Below are positions 9,249-19,775 of a stretch of 64,000 bases of DNA, piece after piece (positions within the stretch are counted from its first letter, which is position 1; every line of letters begins with the position of its first letter). The notes beneath the pieces are model-generated. The model was given only the letters and a program-made list of their open reading frames with translations, was not told the origin of the DNA and did not search any database. Origin of the DNA: an uncultured Alphaproteobacteria bacterium (lineage in GTDB: Bacteria > Pseudomonadota > Alphaproteobacteria > Rs-D84); contig CALXMQ010000003.1 in NCBI GenBank assembly GCA_944389515.1, positions 44,762 to 108,761 of the forward strand, given 5' to 3'. Both the position numbers and the translations under genes were made by a program.

Positions 9249-11027
9249 TTATTTTACAATTTCGTGGAAAATTGTGGCCGGAATTGTACCACCTGTAACC
9301 TTGGACGTCATAGATGTAAAATTATCATTTCCCATCCATACGCCAATTATTAAATCGCGCCATGCACCAATAAACCACGCATCCCGATTATCATTACTGG
9401 TGCCTGTTTTTCCGCCCAACACCCCAGGCGCCATCGCACGATGCCCGGTACCACCAACCTTTACAACATCGGCCAGCAAGTCTGTCATATAATCCACAGT
9501 TTGTGGTAATAAAACCTGTAACGGTTCAGATGGATTGCGTTCATAAATTATATTTCCACGTGGGTCTGTTATTTTCGTGATTGAATATGGACGCACAGAA
9601 TAACCATCGTTCCAAATAACGGCATAAATCGTTGTTAAATCCAACAGCGACATTTCAGACGCCCCCAGCACAGTTGAATATTCACGACGTAACTTATTCC
9701 CAACACCCAAACGCCCAGCCATATCCAGTACGTTATCAATACCAAATTCTTGGGTCAATTTTAATGGCACTGAATTTACAGATTTTGCAAATGCGGTTGC
9801 CAATGTTATATCACCATAATATCTTTTATTATAATTTTGTGGCGAATAATCACCGATTGAAAACGGTGAATCATTTACATAACTGTCGGGGGTCATACCA
9901 TTTTCTAATGCCACCAAATATACCACAGGCTTAAAAGAACTGCCGGGTTGACGCAATGCCAACGCACGATTAAACTGACTTTCTTGATAATTTGTGCCGC
10001 CAACCATTGCACGCACCGCACCATCGGTTTCCATTGCAACAACCGCGCCCTGGTGTTCACCAACACGCGTTGGTAATATATCGGCAATACGATCCTGTAA
10101 ACCCATATCCAGCGTAGTATACACATATAAATCTGATTCAAATGTGCCGATGGTTGATTTAACTTCGTCCAAAACAAAATCTGTCCAGTAACGATATATA
10201 TTCGTATTTGGCGCAGGTGCCGCAGGCGCCAATTCACGCGCTGCAATGCGCGCCTGGTTCAACGTGATATAACCCTGGCGTACCATTTCTTGCAAGATAA
10301 CACGTGCACGCGCAATGTTTTTATCGGGATTTACCAATGGACTGTATGTGGTTGGTGCTTTTAACATCGCGGCGATTTGTGCCGCCTGGGCAACAGATAA
10401 ATTATTCGCAGAACATTGAAACATCATGCGCGCCGCCGCATCAATCCCACGCATGCCACCAACCAATGATACCCTGTTCATATATAAATCCAGAACCTGG
10501 TTTTTAGTAAACCGATTTTCCAACCAATATGACAAAATCAATTCTTGAACCTTACGTGAAATCTTTTTTTCACGCGATAAAAATACGTTTTTGGCCGTTT
10601 GTTGCGTAATTGTTGATCCCCCAGCCGCCAAACGGCCATGCATCAAATTAGACACCATCGCACGCGCAATCGCACGAAATTCCACCGGCCCGTGTTCAAA
10701 AAATCTTTTGTCTTCGATTGCAACAATCGCCTGCCATACGTGTGGCGGCAATGTATCCACAGATACAGGCGTTCCCATTATACGATTAGAAGAACGAATT
10801 TCATTGCCACTTTTATCTAAAAACACAATCGCCGCCGGACGTGTTTCATGTAAAATTGCATCCAACGATGGCATTTGTAAAAATACAATTACAACATATA
10901 TCGCAACCCCAACCAGTACCAACATAAATAAATCAACACACCATACAAATAACCGAACCCCACGTGATGGGCCGGGATTTTGATTGGTGCGCTTGCTGGT
11001 ACGTGATGTGTTGCTTTTTTTGAACAC
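9249..11027 (-). CDS. Class A penicillin-binding protein (transglycosylase-transpeptidase, PBP1A family)
   Basis: EDKRFFEH, GGSTITQQTAKN, RKVQE; SSFK, SVN and KTG motifs. Confidence 0.93.
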   Translation of the reverse strand: MFKKSNTSRTSKRTNQNPGPSRGVRLFVWCVDLFMLVLVGVAIYVVIVFLQMPSLDAILHETRPAAIVFLDKSGNEIRSSNRIMGTPVSVDTLPPHVWQAIVAIEDKRFFEHGPVEFRAIARAMVSNLMHGRLAAGGSTITQQTAKNVFLSREKKISRKVQELILSYWLENRFTKNQVLDLYMNRVSLVGGMRGIDAAARMMFQCSANNLSVAQAAQIAAMLKAPTTYSPLVNPDKNIARARVILQEMVRQGYITLNQARIAARELAPAAPAPNTNIYRYWTDFVLDEVKSTIGTFESDLYVYTTLDMGLQDRIADILPTRVGEHQGAVVAMETDGAVRAMVGGTNYQESQFNRALALRQPGSSFKPVVYLVALENGMTPDSYVNDSPFSIGDYSPQNYNKRYYGDITLATAFAKSVNSVPLKLTQEFGIDNVLDMAGRLGVGNKLRREYSTVLGASEMSLLDLTTIYAVIWNDGYSVRPYSITKITDPRGNIIYERNPSEPLQVLLPQTVDYMTDLLADVVKVGGTGHRAMAPGVLGGKTGTSNDNRDAWFIGAWRDLIIGVWMGNDNFTSMTSKVTGGTIPATIFHEIVK

Positions 11028-11130
11028 TTGATATTTTCCCCTAACCTTTTATGGAATTATATCACAAACGGCTTGCGTTTTTCCATAAATTAAAACTATA
11101 ATTGCCCATATGCATACAAAGGAACGAGAG

Positions 11131-11769
11131 ATGAAAAAACTGATTGCCACAATATTGACAGTTATCACATTGCCGGTATTTGCAGATAATTATGATTCTT
11201 ATGAATATGGTTATAACGATGCGCCACGGCGCGATAACTATGTCGGTTTGCGCATGCATAAAAATGAAAATATTGCATTTCGTGTTGAACCAGAATATGG
11301 AAACGGAACAACGCTGCGTGATGACAGCTTTGGTGTCGGGCTGATTATCGGCAACAGATTGACCAACCATATAAAAATTGAATTTGAATCAGAATATACA
11401 TATGGCGGACAAAAAAAGTACGGCACAGATTATGATTTTAACATATGGTCAAATATGTTGAACGTGTATTTATACCAACAATTCGGTGGTGCGGTTGAAC
11501 CATATGCAGGTTTGGGTGTTGGTGTATCTGGTCTGTGGGGCGATGCCAATGGCACGATGCATGCATCAGACGCCACGGCAGACATGTCTTGGTCGGCAAT
11601 GATTGGTGTAAATTTTGCACTGAATGCGCGCGTTGATTTGAACATCGGGGTTAAATATCAAAACTATGGTGATTTAGACATGTATAACAGCGACGATGGC
11701 ACACATGCGCCTGTTGAAATTGACGGTACAGAATTTTATATCAGTGCCGCATATAAATTTGGATTGTAA
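11131..11769 (+). CDS. OmpA-like / 8-stranded outer-membrane beta-barrel protein
   Basis: Signal peptide MKKLIA...PVFA, PYAGLGVG, terminal YKFGL; RBS before ATG 11131. Confidence 0.75.
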   Translation: MKKLIATILTVITLPVFADNYDSYEYGYNDAPRRDNYVGLRMHKNENIAFRVEPEYGNGTTLRDDSFGVGLIIGNRLTNHIKIEFESEYTYGGQKKYGTDYDFNIWSNMLNVYLYQQFGGAVEPYAGLGVGVSGLWGDANGTMHASDATADMSWSAMIGVNFALNARVDLNIGVKYQNYGDLDMYNSDDGTHAPVEIDGTEFYISAAYKFGL

Positions 11770-11788
11770 TAATTATTGACTATGATTT

Positions 11789-11823
11789 AACAGCCGCCCA
11801 AACAAACGGGCGGCTGTTTTTTC
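11789..11823 (+). terminator. Rho-independent terminator
   Basis: AACAGCCGCCC-AAACAAAC-GGGCGGCTGTTTTTT. Confidence 0.8.
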
Positions 11824-12137
11824 TGTATCCATAAATAAACAAGTACATTTTGTTATGGGTTGATATTCTCTCTCTCCTCTGTCCCCATGACAACAAATGT
11901 ATTATACCACCACATCCCCCAAACATACAACAAGTAAAGATTCTTTTTTTGAATATTTTTGTAAAAAAACACATATACTAATTTCAAAATACGAAATACA
12001 CACATTATTCAACCCATGCGCGAATTATTATTAAAAATATTAGGATAAAACTATCATCAACATCAGTAAACTATATTGTATTGATTTTAATTTTGTACAC
12101 TTGTATAATTCTTCGGATAAAGAAAGGAAGTATTCTT

Positions 12138-12989
12138 ATGACTGACCTGTTCGGCAACCCAAACATAAAAATAAATAAAACACATTCTAATAAAAAGGGC
12201 GCCATTTATGACAATAGGAATAAAATAAATGATTTAACTGGTGCCGAATGGCTATATTGGACTAAAACAGTTATTTCAAAAAGCTATCCTTCAAATATGC
12301 AACATAAATTGCGTTCTCAACATGGTGGTCAAAAACCCCCACAACTATGTGCCGATTTAATAAAAATTTTTACAAAAAAGGGTCAATTAGTTTTAGATCC
12401 TTTAGCAGGAGTTGGTGGAACTTTGCTTGGTGCTGCATTATGTGATAGAAAAGCGATAGGTATCGAATTAAATCCTAAATGGGCAAATATTTATAAACAA
12501 GTATGTAATTTAGAACATTTAGAAGAATATCCCTTTATTGTAGGAGACGCTAATGATAAATTAAAATATATTTTACCAAATAGTATAGATTTTGTACTAA
12601 CTGATGTACCATATTGGATAATGGATCAAGTAACCAAAACAAGATCTTCTGCTACGAGAGTTTCTAATTTATCAAAATTTAATGAAAAAAACTTGCAAAC
12701 AAAAGAAGAATGGCTAAGAGAAATGAAGGATATATTTGTTAAAGTAGCCAAAACACTGAAAAAAAATGGATATATGGCAGTTTTTATTGGGGATATGTAT
12801 CGTGGCAAAGAATATCATTTCTTGGCGGGTGAATTGGCTAAGACCATTTCTGAAATCAATGAGTTTACTTTGAAGTCTGACATCATTTGGCATGATGATT
12901 CTAAAACACTACATATATATGGTTATCCTTTTGCATATATACCTTCTGTAATACATCAACATATTTTAATTTTTAGAAAGGAAGAATAA
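12138..12989 (+). CDS. Amino-type (m4C/m6A) DNA methyltransferase (M1 of R-M system)
   Basis: Motif I VLDPLAGVGGTL before motif IV TDVPY; NDLTGAEW N-terminal motif; stop abuts the next ATG. Confidence 0.85.
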   Translation: MTDLFGNPNIKINKTHSNKKGAIYDNRNKINDLTGAEWLYWTKTVISKSYPSNMQHKLRSQHGGQKPPQLCADLIKIFTKKGQLVLDPLAGVGGTLLGAALCDRKAIGIELNPKWANIYKQVCNLEHLEEYPFIVGDANDKLKYILPNSIDFVLTDVPYWIMDQVTKTRSSATRVSNLSKFNEKNLQTKEEWLREMKDIFVKVAKTLKKNGYMAVFIGDMYRGKEYHFLAGELAKTISEINEFTLKSDIIWHDDSKTLHIYGYPFAYIPSVIHQHILIFRKEE

Positions 12990-15056
12990 ATGCAGCCCCA
13001 TTTAGTGAATCCCAGAATAACAAAAAAAAATATTTTTTCTATGGCAGATTATCAACAGCTGCGTAATGTTCATGAATTTATTTTATATAGCGACAATATT
13101 TTAGAAGGTATAGTTTTATTAAACATACTAAGTTCACACGATAATCTTTTACATTTTTATGGTGTTATATACGAACCAATAGATCAACCAATCTATTTGT
13201 TCAAAGACGCCAAAGAAAATATTTATTCAATTAAAATTTGTGGTGCTTTTGAAAAATGGCAACTGCCTAACCAAGTAAATAAAATAAAACAATTTATCGA
13301 TTTACCAGATTATATCTTATATTCGATAAATTCCCAAAAAGCGATTCTTGCAGGTGAAAACACAGAAACAGCATCCGTAGGAAATTCTCAGTGGCAAAGA
13401 GAGGGAAGAAAATTAGGTGCGGCAAGAAATGGTGTGCCTTTTATTTATCAAACTTTTTATTCTGGGAAAGACGAATCCCAACAAACACTTAGAGAACCGA
13501 CATCTTTGCAGGTTTATAATCATCTGGTATATTCTATACGTTATAAGGCACCATCTTTTGTAGCTTATTTTGAAAATAATTTTGAACAATCAAACCCAAG
13601 ATCAAGAACCCCAAAAGACAGTCAAGAACTATTTATCAATTATATTCAATCTGTACTGGTAACTGATGTAAGACCAGATCAAAATGATCAAAAAAGAAAC
13701 TTAGAAAAAAAGTTTTTCAAACACATGCTAGGATATTTAACCGAAGGAAAATATTCTAATACACACAGCATAGGAACCGAACCTAGGATACTAAGTGATT
13801 TTAGGGTAATAAATCCTGGGGTTAGAAATGGAATCATTGAACACACAGATGATTTTGTTTCGTCTTTGTTGAAATATATATATGATGATGATAAAGATTT
13901 TATAGAAAAATATCCAATAGATAATTTGGATACAGAAAAATTTGTAAATTGGACCGCTTACAGAAATAAAAATTATATCTCTAATTTATTAAAATTTTTA
14001 GAAGATCGGGGACAGCATGCAAAAAGCTATATTAAGGGACAGGCAAAAATCGGATTTGTCGATACAGAATTATGTAAAAATTATATCAGTAAGAATTTCC
14101 CAAATAGCGTAAACGCGATTGATGGAATTTTAAATTCTAAAATATACCCTATGACGTTAGTAATGCCTTTGAGAATACACAAGATATCAAATGGTAATTT
14201 AACATTTTCACCAGATCCAGAAAGTGGGGAAATAGCAGCGTTTTGCGAATTATTTGGTTATACAACAAAAAAAGAAAAGAAATACCCTGTTATCGGTTAC
14301 GTCACAGTGGATGCGGGAGAAGAATTTAATATAGAAAATAAACGTGGCACAAAATTATATAAAGCATTGGCCGAATATATAGATATTCTTATAATAAATA
14401 ACAACCAAGTTATTACTAACTTAAAAAAAACAGACATAACTGAAACACATTTTGTACCAAAATCAATACAAGATGTACACCCGATGGGAACGACAGAAGA
14501 AGTTGGTATCGTATCTACATACCTGACACAAACAAATATAAAAGATAATTGGCAGTTGTGTTTTATTCATACCCATCATTCTTCATGGCAACAATTTGTC
14601 ATACATAACGATACAAAAGACACGCAATCTAAAATACACAGAAAGTCTACCAAAGTAGACTTAATCACACAATACCCGGATAAAAATAGTACATTATTTA
14701 TGATTGCAGAAGGAAAAAATAACTATCAAGACTTGTTAAGAGATAAGAAAATTCGAACCGCTATGAAAACAGCGAGTGAACATATCAATAGCAATAATCA
14801 TATAAGCTTTAATGCCTTTATTTATACTTTGAATACGGTACAAAATAACAATCCAGAGTATTATGCAAAAAAGGAAGCAGAAACAGTGGCTGACGCTATT
14901 CGGTTGGGGCATTTTGATGATATTGCATTTGAACCAAATTTTGTGATAATCATTGTATATAATGACATACATGGAAAAACCGCATTTAAGTTAGTTTATT
15001 CATCCAATTTTGATAAACACATCAAAGCTATATTGGATTTGGATTTTGCACAATGA
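12990..15056 (+). CDS. Putative Type IIS restriction endonuclease (688 aa)
   Basis: Lies between two MTases with translational coupling (TAA-ATG, ATGA). Two PD-(D/E)xK-like motifs: LPDY...GENTE and VDLI...AEGK. Confidence 0.7.
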   Translation: MQPHLVNPRITKKNIFSMADYQQLRNVHEFILYSDNILEGIVLLNILSSHDNLLHFYGVIYEPIDQPIYLFKDAKENIYSIKICGAFEKWQLPNQVNKIKQFIDLPDYILYSINSQKAILAGENTETASVGNSQWQREGRKLGAARNGVPFIYQTFYSGKDESQQTLREPTSLQVYNHLVYSIRYKAPSFVAYFENNFEQSNPRSRTPKDSQELFINYIQSVLVTDVRPDQNDQKRNLEKKFFKHMLGYLTEGKYSNTHSIGTEPRILSDFRVINPGVRNGIIEHTDDFVSSLLKYIYDDDKDFIEKYPIDNLDTEKFVNWTAYRNKNYISNLLKFLEDRGQHAKSYIKGQAKIGFVDTELCKNYISKNFPNSVNAIDGILNSKIYPMTLVMPLRIHKISNGNLTFSPDPESGEIAAFCELFGYTTKKEKKYPVIGYVTVDAGEEFNIENKRGTKLYKALAEYIDILIINNNQVITNLKKTDITETHFVPKSIQDVHPMGTTEEVGIVSTYLTQTNIKDNWQLCFIHTHHSSWQQFVIHNDTKDTQSKIHRKSTKVDLITQYPDKNSTLFMIAEGKNNYQDLLRDKKIRTAMKTASEHINSNNHISFNAFIYTLNTVQNNNPEYYAKKEAETVADAIRLGHFDDIAFEPNFVIIIVYNDIHGKTAFKLVYSSNFDKHIKAILDLDFAQ

Positions 15057-16090
15057 AATATATCGGAAATAAAACAAGATTATTAGAATTTATAAATACC
15101 TCTATGCAAAAGAGCAATGTTCCACTTAGTGGGGTGTTTATTGATATATTTGGCGGAACAGGATCTGTAGGAAAATTCTTTAAAAGCAAAGGTTATCAAA
15201 TAATATCAAATGATTTAATGCTATATTCGTACATAGCCCAATATGTAAATGTATATTTAAATAAAATGCCAACATTTTCTAAGATTTCTTCAAATGGCAT
15301 CTGTGGCGTTTTAGATATTTTAAACAATCCTGAATTAAGTTCCCGTGGATATATTTATGATAATTTTGCTCCGGGCGGCAGTTATAAACGTCAATATTTT
15401 TCGGACGCAAATGCGATGCGCATAGACGCCGTAAGAGACCAAATAGAAAAATGGTATCAACAAAAAAAATTATCTATAGATGAATATTATGTATTAGTAT
15501 ATATGCTTATAGATGCTGCGGATTTCGTAGCTAATATTTCTGGAACATATGGGGCTTACTTAAAAATATGGCGATCCATGGCGTTAAAAACATTGTGTCT
15601 AAAAATACCAAAAATAACAGATAATAAAAAAAACAATAAAATATACCAATTAAACGCCAATGATTTAATAGAAAACATTACTGGGGATATTTTATATCTG
15701 GATCCCCCATATAATCAAAGACAATATGCTCCGAATTTTCATGTATTAGAAACATTGGCAATATGGGACAAACAAAAATTATTTGGCAAAACAGGCCAGC
15801 GTGATTATAGCAATAAAAAATCTGATTATTGTCAAAAAAGCAAAGCATCAACAGCCTTAAAAGATCTAGTGCATAAAGCTAAATGTAAATATATTATACT
15901 AAGCTATAATAATGAAGGCATAATAAGTAGAGAAGAAATTATAAAAATATTATCTTCTGTTGGAATTGTTGAAGAATATATTCAACCTTATAGGCGCTTT
16001 CGAACAGAAAAAGATAATGATAATAGACATTACAAAGATTGTGATGACAAAGTTCAAGAACATTTATATATCGTAAAAATATCTGTATAA
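15053..16090 (+). CDS. D12-class (M.NlaIII/FokI-like) N6-adenine DNA methyltransferase (M2)
   Basis: MKYIGNK, DIFGGTGSVG, YLDPPYNQRQY, LSYNNEG; pattern closely follows M.NlaIII-type enzymes. Confidence 0.92.
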   Translation: MKYIGNKTRLLEFINTSMQKSNVPLSGVFIDIFGGTGSVGKFFKSKGYQIISNDLMLYSYIAQYVNVYLNKMPTFSKISSNGICGVLDILNNPELSSRGYIYDNFAPGGSYKRQYFSDANAMRIDAVRDQIEKWYQQKKLSIDEYYVLVYMLIDAADFVANISGTYGAYLKIWRSMALKTLCLKIPKITDNKKNNKIYQLNANDLIENITGDILYLDPPYNQRQYAPNFHVLETLAIWDKQKLFGKTGQRDYSNKKSDYCQKSKASTALKDLVHKAKCKYIILSYNNEGIISREEIIKILSSVGIVEEYIQPYRRFRTEKDNDNRHYKDCDDKVQEHLYIVKISV

Positions 16091-16185
16091 CTACTTTCTT
16101 TAATTATACAAAGATTATACAAAGTATTCTTACCCCACATGGGGATTTGATCGGGGGCATGACAGTTATATTAAAACTGTCCTGG

Positions 16186-16896
16186 TTATGTATTCAGGTA
16201 ATGCACAGACATATTTGGTTGACTGGCCACAGTTGTTATTTTTCCATTATCAAATATAATGGCCGCATTATTATCTATTGCCCAACCTGGGATATTATGT
16301 TTTTTCGCCAATGCGTCAAAGAATCCCTGCTCTATCTTGGTCTTGGTATTATAATGTGGCACACAAAAACCATGTATAAAACCCAAACCTGGCAACAAAT
16401 CCAGTTTATTCCAATCTATTTGTCCAGTTTCATTTTGAATATAATCTTCATTATCATAATAATCAAACCAGCATATCGCACCTGCGGACAGACCAGATAA
16501 AATCATACCGGTATCGGCATATTCTTGTAATAATTTATCAAAACCAATTTTTTGCCAGCAATCTATCATGAACCTGGTATCACCGCCACCAACATAGATG
16601 GCGTCAGTGTTGGATAAAATGTTGCGAATTTCAGATTCTGTCGGTGGATTTTCAACCAAACGCAATTCAGACACATTTGCACCCAGCGACGAAAAATGCG
16701 CCATCAAATAGTCTGTATAATTCGGCGAATCTTTGCCTGCGGTTCCCAAAAACAATATGTTTGGATTAGATTTGCCCGTCATTTCTATGATTTTTTTATT
16801 TATTGGAATATTATCCAATGGATATTGTTTTTTGGTGCCATCTGGTAAAATTTTGACACGTCCATTTTCACCACCACCAATAGCGATTATTTTCAT
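16186..16896 (-). CDS. Peptidase E / S51 family (class I glutamine amidotransferase-like)
   Basis: IGGG, LFLGTA, IYVGGGDT, GLSAGAI nucleophile, PHY. Confidence 0.85.
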   Translation of the reverse strand: MKIIAIGGGENGRVKILPDGTKKQYPLDNIPINKKIIEMTGKSNPNILFLGTAGKDSPNYTDYLMAHFSSLGANVSELRLVENPPTESEIRNILSNTDAIYVGGGDTRFMIDCWQKIGFDKLLQEYADTGMILSGLSAGAICWFDYYDNEDYIQNETGQIDWNKLDLLPGLGFIHGFCVPHYNTKTKIEQGFFDALAKKHNIPGWAIDNNAAIIFDNGKITTVASQPNMSVHYLNT

Positions 16897-17011
16897 TATC
16901 TGACCTTTGCTGTTTTATCGTATCATATCAAAACATATTTTTATATTCCATTGAATTGTGGCAATGCCAATGCGTTTATATACAACGTTATAATAGCCAC
17001 CAAATAAAAAC

Positions 17012-17058
17012 TTGACACGGTGTCAGATTATGCGCTATTCTGACACTGTGTCAGAATA
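17012..17058 (+). promoter_or_regulatory. Promoter with twin TetR-type operators TGACAC-N-GTGTCA
   Basis: TGACAC-G-GTGTCA (17013-17025) overlaps the -35 TTGACA. TATTCTGACAC-T-GTGTCAGAATA (17036-17058, perfect 11-bp arms) overlaps the -10. Directly upstream of the TetR gene. Confidence 0.85.
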
Positions 17059-17075
17059 TGGAAAGGAAATAAAAA

Positions 17076-17702
17076 ATGTCAATCGCCAGTCACACTGACA
17101 AACGCAGGTCTGAAATTGTACGCGCGTGTCGTGAATTATATCAGACAATGTCTTTCAAAGATATTACAATCAAAGAAATCAGTGAATACACCAGTTTTTC
17201 AAGACCGTCTATCTATAATTATTTTGCAACCAAAGAAAGTATTTTTTTGGAAATATTCCGTGAAGAATACGCCCATTGGTGTGATGACATGGATGGCATT
17301 ATAAAAAAATATAAAAAACTGAGCATAAAAAGTTTTGCGGATAAGTTGGCACAAACATTGGAAAATCGCCCTGTGTTGTTAAAATTGCTGTCTATGAATC
17401 TGTATGATTTAGAAGAAAACTGTTCATTAGATGATTTAACGATATTCAAACAAGAATATAAACGTGCGTTGGATACAGTCGAACATTTATTGGTGGTATA
17501 TTTTCCCCAGATGTGCAATTCGGCCAGGAACCAGTTCATATATATATTCTTTCCATTTATGTTTGGGCTTTATCCATATGCGAACGTCACCCCAAAACAA
17601 AAACAGGCGATGATTTTAGCCGGGATAAAGTTTCCAACCAAACGTGTTTATGATTTTGCATATCAAACAATATTTTCACTGTTAAATAACCAAAGGGGGT
17701 AA
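17076..17702 (+). CDS. TetR/AcrR family transcriptional regulator
   Basis: N-terminal HTH ITIKEISEYTSFSRPSIYNYFATKE. Confidence 0.92.
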   Translation: MSIASHTDKRRSEIVRACRELYQTMSFKDITIKEISEYTSFSRPSIYNYFATKESIFLEIFREEYAHWCDDMDGIIKKYKKLSIKSFADKLAQTLENRPVLLKLLSMNLYDLEENCSLDDLTIFKQEYKRALDTVEHLLVVYFPQMCNSARNQFIYIFFPFMFGLYPYANVTPKQKQAMILAGIKFPTKRVYDFAYQTIFSLLNNQRG

Positions 17703-17706
17703 GTAA

Positions 17707-18198
17707 ATGACCAGTATTTTATCTTCTGTACTTATTGCGTATTTTTCTGCAACAGGCACAACAGCAAATGTTGCCCAGAAATTGGCATCGGCATTGGATG
17801 CACCTGTTTATGAAATCAGACCCGCGCAACCATATACAGATGCAGATTTAGATTGGAACAATGAATCCAGTCGCAGTTCATTAGAAATGGATGGCAAAAT
17901 CCCATATCCTGAATTGGCAGATTTGGATGCGCCGGTCAAAGATTATGACACTATATTCTTGGGCTTTCCAATATGGTGGGGAACGTCACCAAAAATTGTA
18001 AACCAATTTGTAAAAAGTTATGACCTGACGGGCAAAAAAGTAATTCTATTTGCGACGTCTGGGTCCAGTGGTCTGGGCGATACGGCGTCTGATTTACAGA
18101 TGGATGCAACTGGTAACCCTGAAATCATAAATGGCCGGCGTTTCCCGGCCAGTGTCAGCACAGACGAACTGAAAACCTGGGCAGAAAGCATAAAATAG
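17707..18198 (+). CDS. Flavodoxin (Flavodoxin_4-like)
   Basis: AYFSATGTT FMN loop, LGFPIWWG, FATSGSSG. Confidence 0.9.
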   Translation: MTSILSSVLIAYFSATGTTANVAQKLASALDAPVYEIRPAQPYTDADLDWNNESSRSSLEMDGKIPYPELADLDAPVKDYDTIFLGFPIWWGTSPKIVNQFVKSYDLTGKKVILFATSGSSGLGDTASDLQMDATGNPEIINGRRFPASVSTDELKTWAESIK

Positions 18199-18211
18199 CA
18201 AAGGACAAAAT

Positions 18212-19210
18212 ATGAAACCATGGGTAACAATCGTTTTAACTTTAATCGGAATTACCGCAATCACAATGGGCATATACAAGTATTTTGCAACAAACATGAT
18301 TAAATCGGGGGATAAAATGGAAAACACACCTGCCAAGGTATATTATGTCAAAGAAATCACACCAGAAAATCTGATAAAAATATATGACGCGTTGGGCGTT
18401 GAATTAAAAGGTAACGTCGGCGTCAAAGTATCCACTGGCGAAGCCGGATCACGCGGTTATTTGAAACCTGATTTAATTGGGCCGTTGGTGCAAAAATTAA
18501 ATGGCACGATTATAGAATGCAATACCGCATATGCTGGGCAACGTAACACCGCGGCCGACCACATTCGGGTTGCCGCGGAACACGGTTTCACCAAAATCGC
18601 AAACGTCGATATTATGGATGCAGATGGTGAAATGAAAATCCCCGTCAATAATGGAAAGCACTTGAAATACAACCTGGTCGGGACGCATTTGGATAATTAT
18701 GATTCTATCTTGAACTTGGCGCATGGCAAAGGACACGCGATGGGTGGTTTCGGCGCGAATCTGAAAAATCAATCTATTGGTATCGCATCCAGAAATGGCA
18801 AAGCGTACATCCATTCTGCTGGATTCACAGCGGATCCAGATGCCGCGTGGTCTAATTTACCAGAACAACGGGCGTTCATAGAATCTATGGCCGAGGCCGC
18901 AAAATCAGTCAGCGATTATTTCGCGTCACAAAACAAGCAGATAGTTTATATAACTGTGATGAACTTTTTATCTGTGGATTGCGATTGTGACGCGCACCAG
19001 ACAGACCCTGTTATGGCGGATTTGGGCATTATTGCGTCCACTGACCCAGTTGCAAACGACCAAGCGTTCGTGGATATGATATACGCATCCACCGACCCGG
19101 GCGCCAAGAAATTACAGGAACGTATCGACCGGCAAATGGGGCGACACATATTGCCGTACGCAGAATCAATTGGATTGGGTACAACAAAATACGAACTGAT
19201 AGAATTATAA
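18212..19210 (+). CDS. DUF362 domain Fe-S protein
   Basis: VKVSTGE, ECNTAY, AHGKGHAMGGFGANLKN, DCDC, ASTDPVANDQA. Confidence 0.85.
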   Translation: MKPWVTIVLTLIGITAITMGIYKYFATNMIKSGDKMENTPAKVYYVKEITPENLIKIYDALGVELKGNVGVKVSTGEAGSRGYLKPDLIGPLVQKLNGTIIECNTAYAGQRNTAADHIRVAAEHGFTKIANVDIMDADGEMKIPVNNGKHLKYNLVGTHLDNYDSILNLAHGKGHAMGGFGANLKNQSIGIASRNGKAYIHSAGFTADPDAAWSNLPEQRAFIESMAEAAKSVSDYFASQNKQIVYITVMNFLSVDCDCDAHQTDPVMADLGIIASTDPVANDQAFVDMIYASTDPGAKKLQERIDRQMGRHILPYAESIGLGTTKYELIEL

Positions 19211-19214
19211 AAAC

Positions 19215-19237
19215 AAAACCGCCGTTATGGCGGTTTT
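19215..19237 (+). terminator. Terminator of TetR operon
   Basis: AAAACCGCC-GTTAT-GGCGGTTTT. Confidence 0.75.
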
Positions 19238-19299
19238 ATAATGGTTGATCTTATTTTTGTTCTGATTTGTTATTCAGTGACGCGCCGGGTTGCCAATTA

Positions 19300-19327
19300 T
19301 TGACAATATGTATTTGCTTGCTATAAT
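19300..19327 (+). promoter_or_regulatory. Consensus sigma70 promoter TTGACA-16-TATAAT
   Basis: Exact hexamers 30 bp upstream of ATG 19358. Confidence 0.8.
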
Positions 19328-19357
19328 TGCAAAAAAAAACGATACAAAAGGTGTAAT

Positions 19358-19729
19358 ATGTTTTTGCGATTAAGATATTATTTCAAAACAGACCGCAAAA
19401 TACGCGTCCAGGACAAACAAGAATATGCCGACCAGCGTAAAAAGTTAAAAAATTTAGACGACATACTGGAATACCGGTGCAAAGAGATAACGATCCCATT
19501 TGATTATCCGGCTTTCTACAGTTGTCTGGGATGTATTAAACGTAGTACGATCGGGTCAGAATTCTATTGTCCTGGGTTTAGTTTTGATGTTCCTTGTGAA
19601 CATGAACACAGTTGTGTACGAGGACCTGATAATAGTAAATTTGTTAAGGCGCGACAAGAATATTTTAGCCAAAAGCAACTTGTTCATGATTTTTGGCGCA
19701 ATCGTATGCGCGAACGTGTAAAAGGGTAA
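19358..19729 (+). CDS. Hypothetical Cys-rich protein (123 aa)
   Basis: Consensus promoter and RBS AAAGG; six Cys including CLGC and CEHEHSC. Confidence 0.65.
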   Translation: MFLRLRYYFKTDRKIRVQDKQEYADQRKKLKNLDDILEYRCKEITIPFDYPAFYSCLGCIKRSTIGSEFYCPGFSFDVPCEHEHSCVRGPDNSKFVKARQEYFSQKQLVHDFWRNRMRERVKG

Positions 19730-19775
19730 GTTGCGCGCGACGCACCCCAAAAACAGTTATAAATTAAAGCATTGA

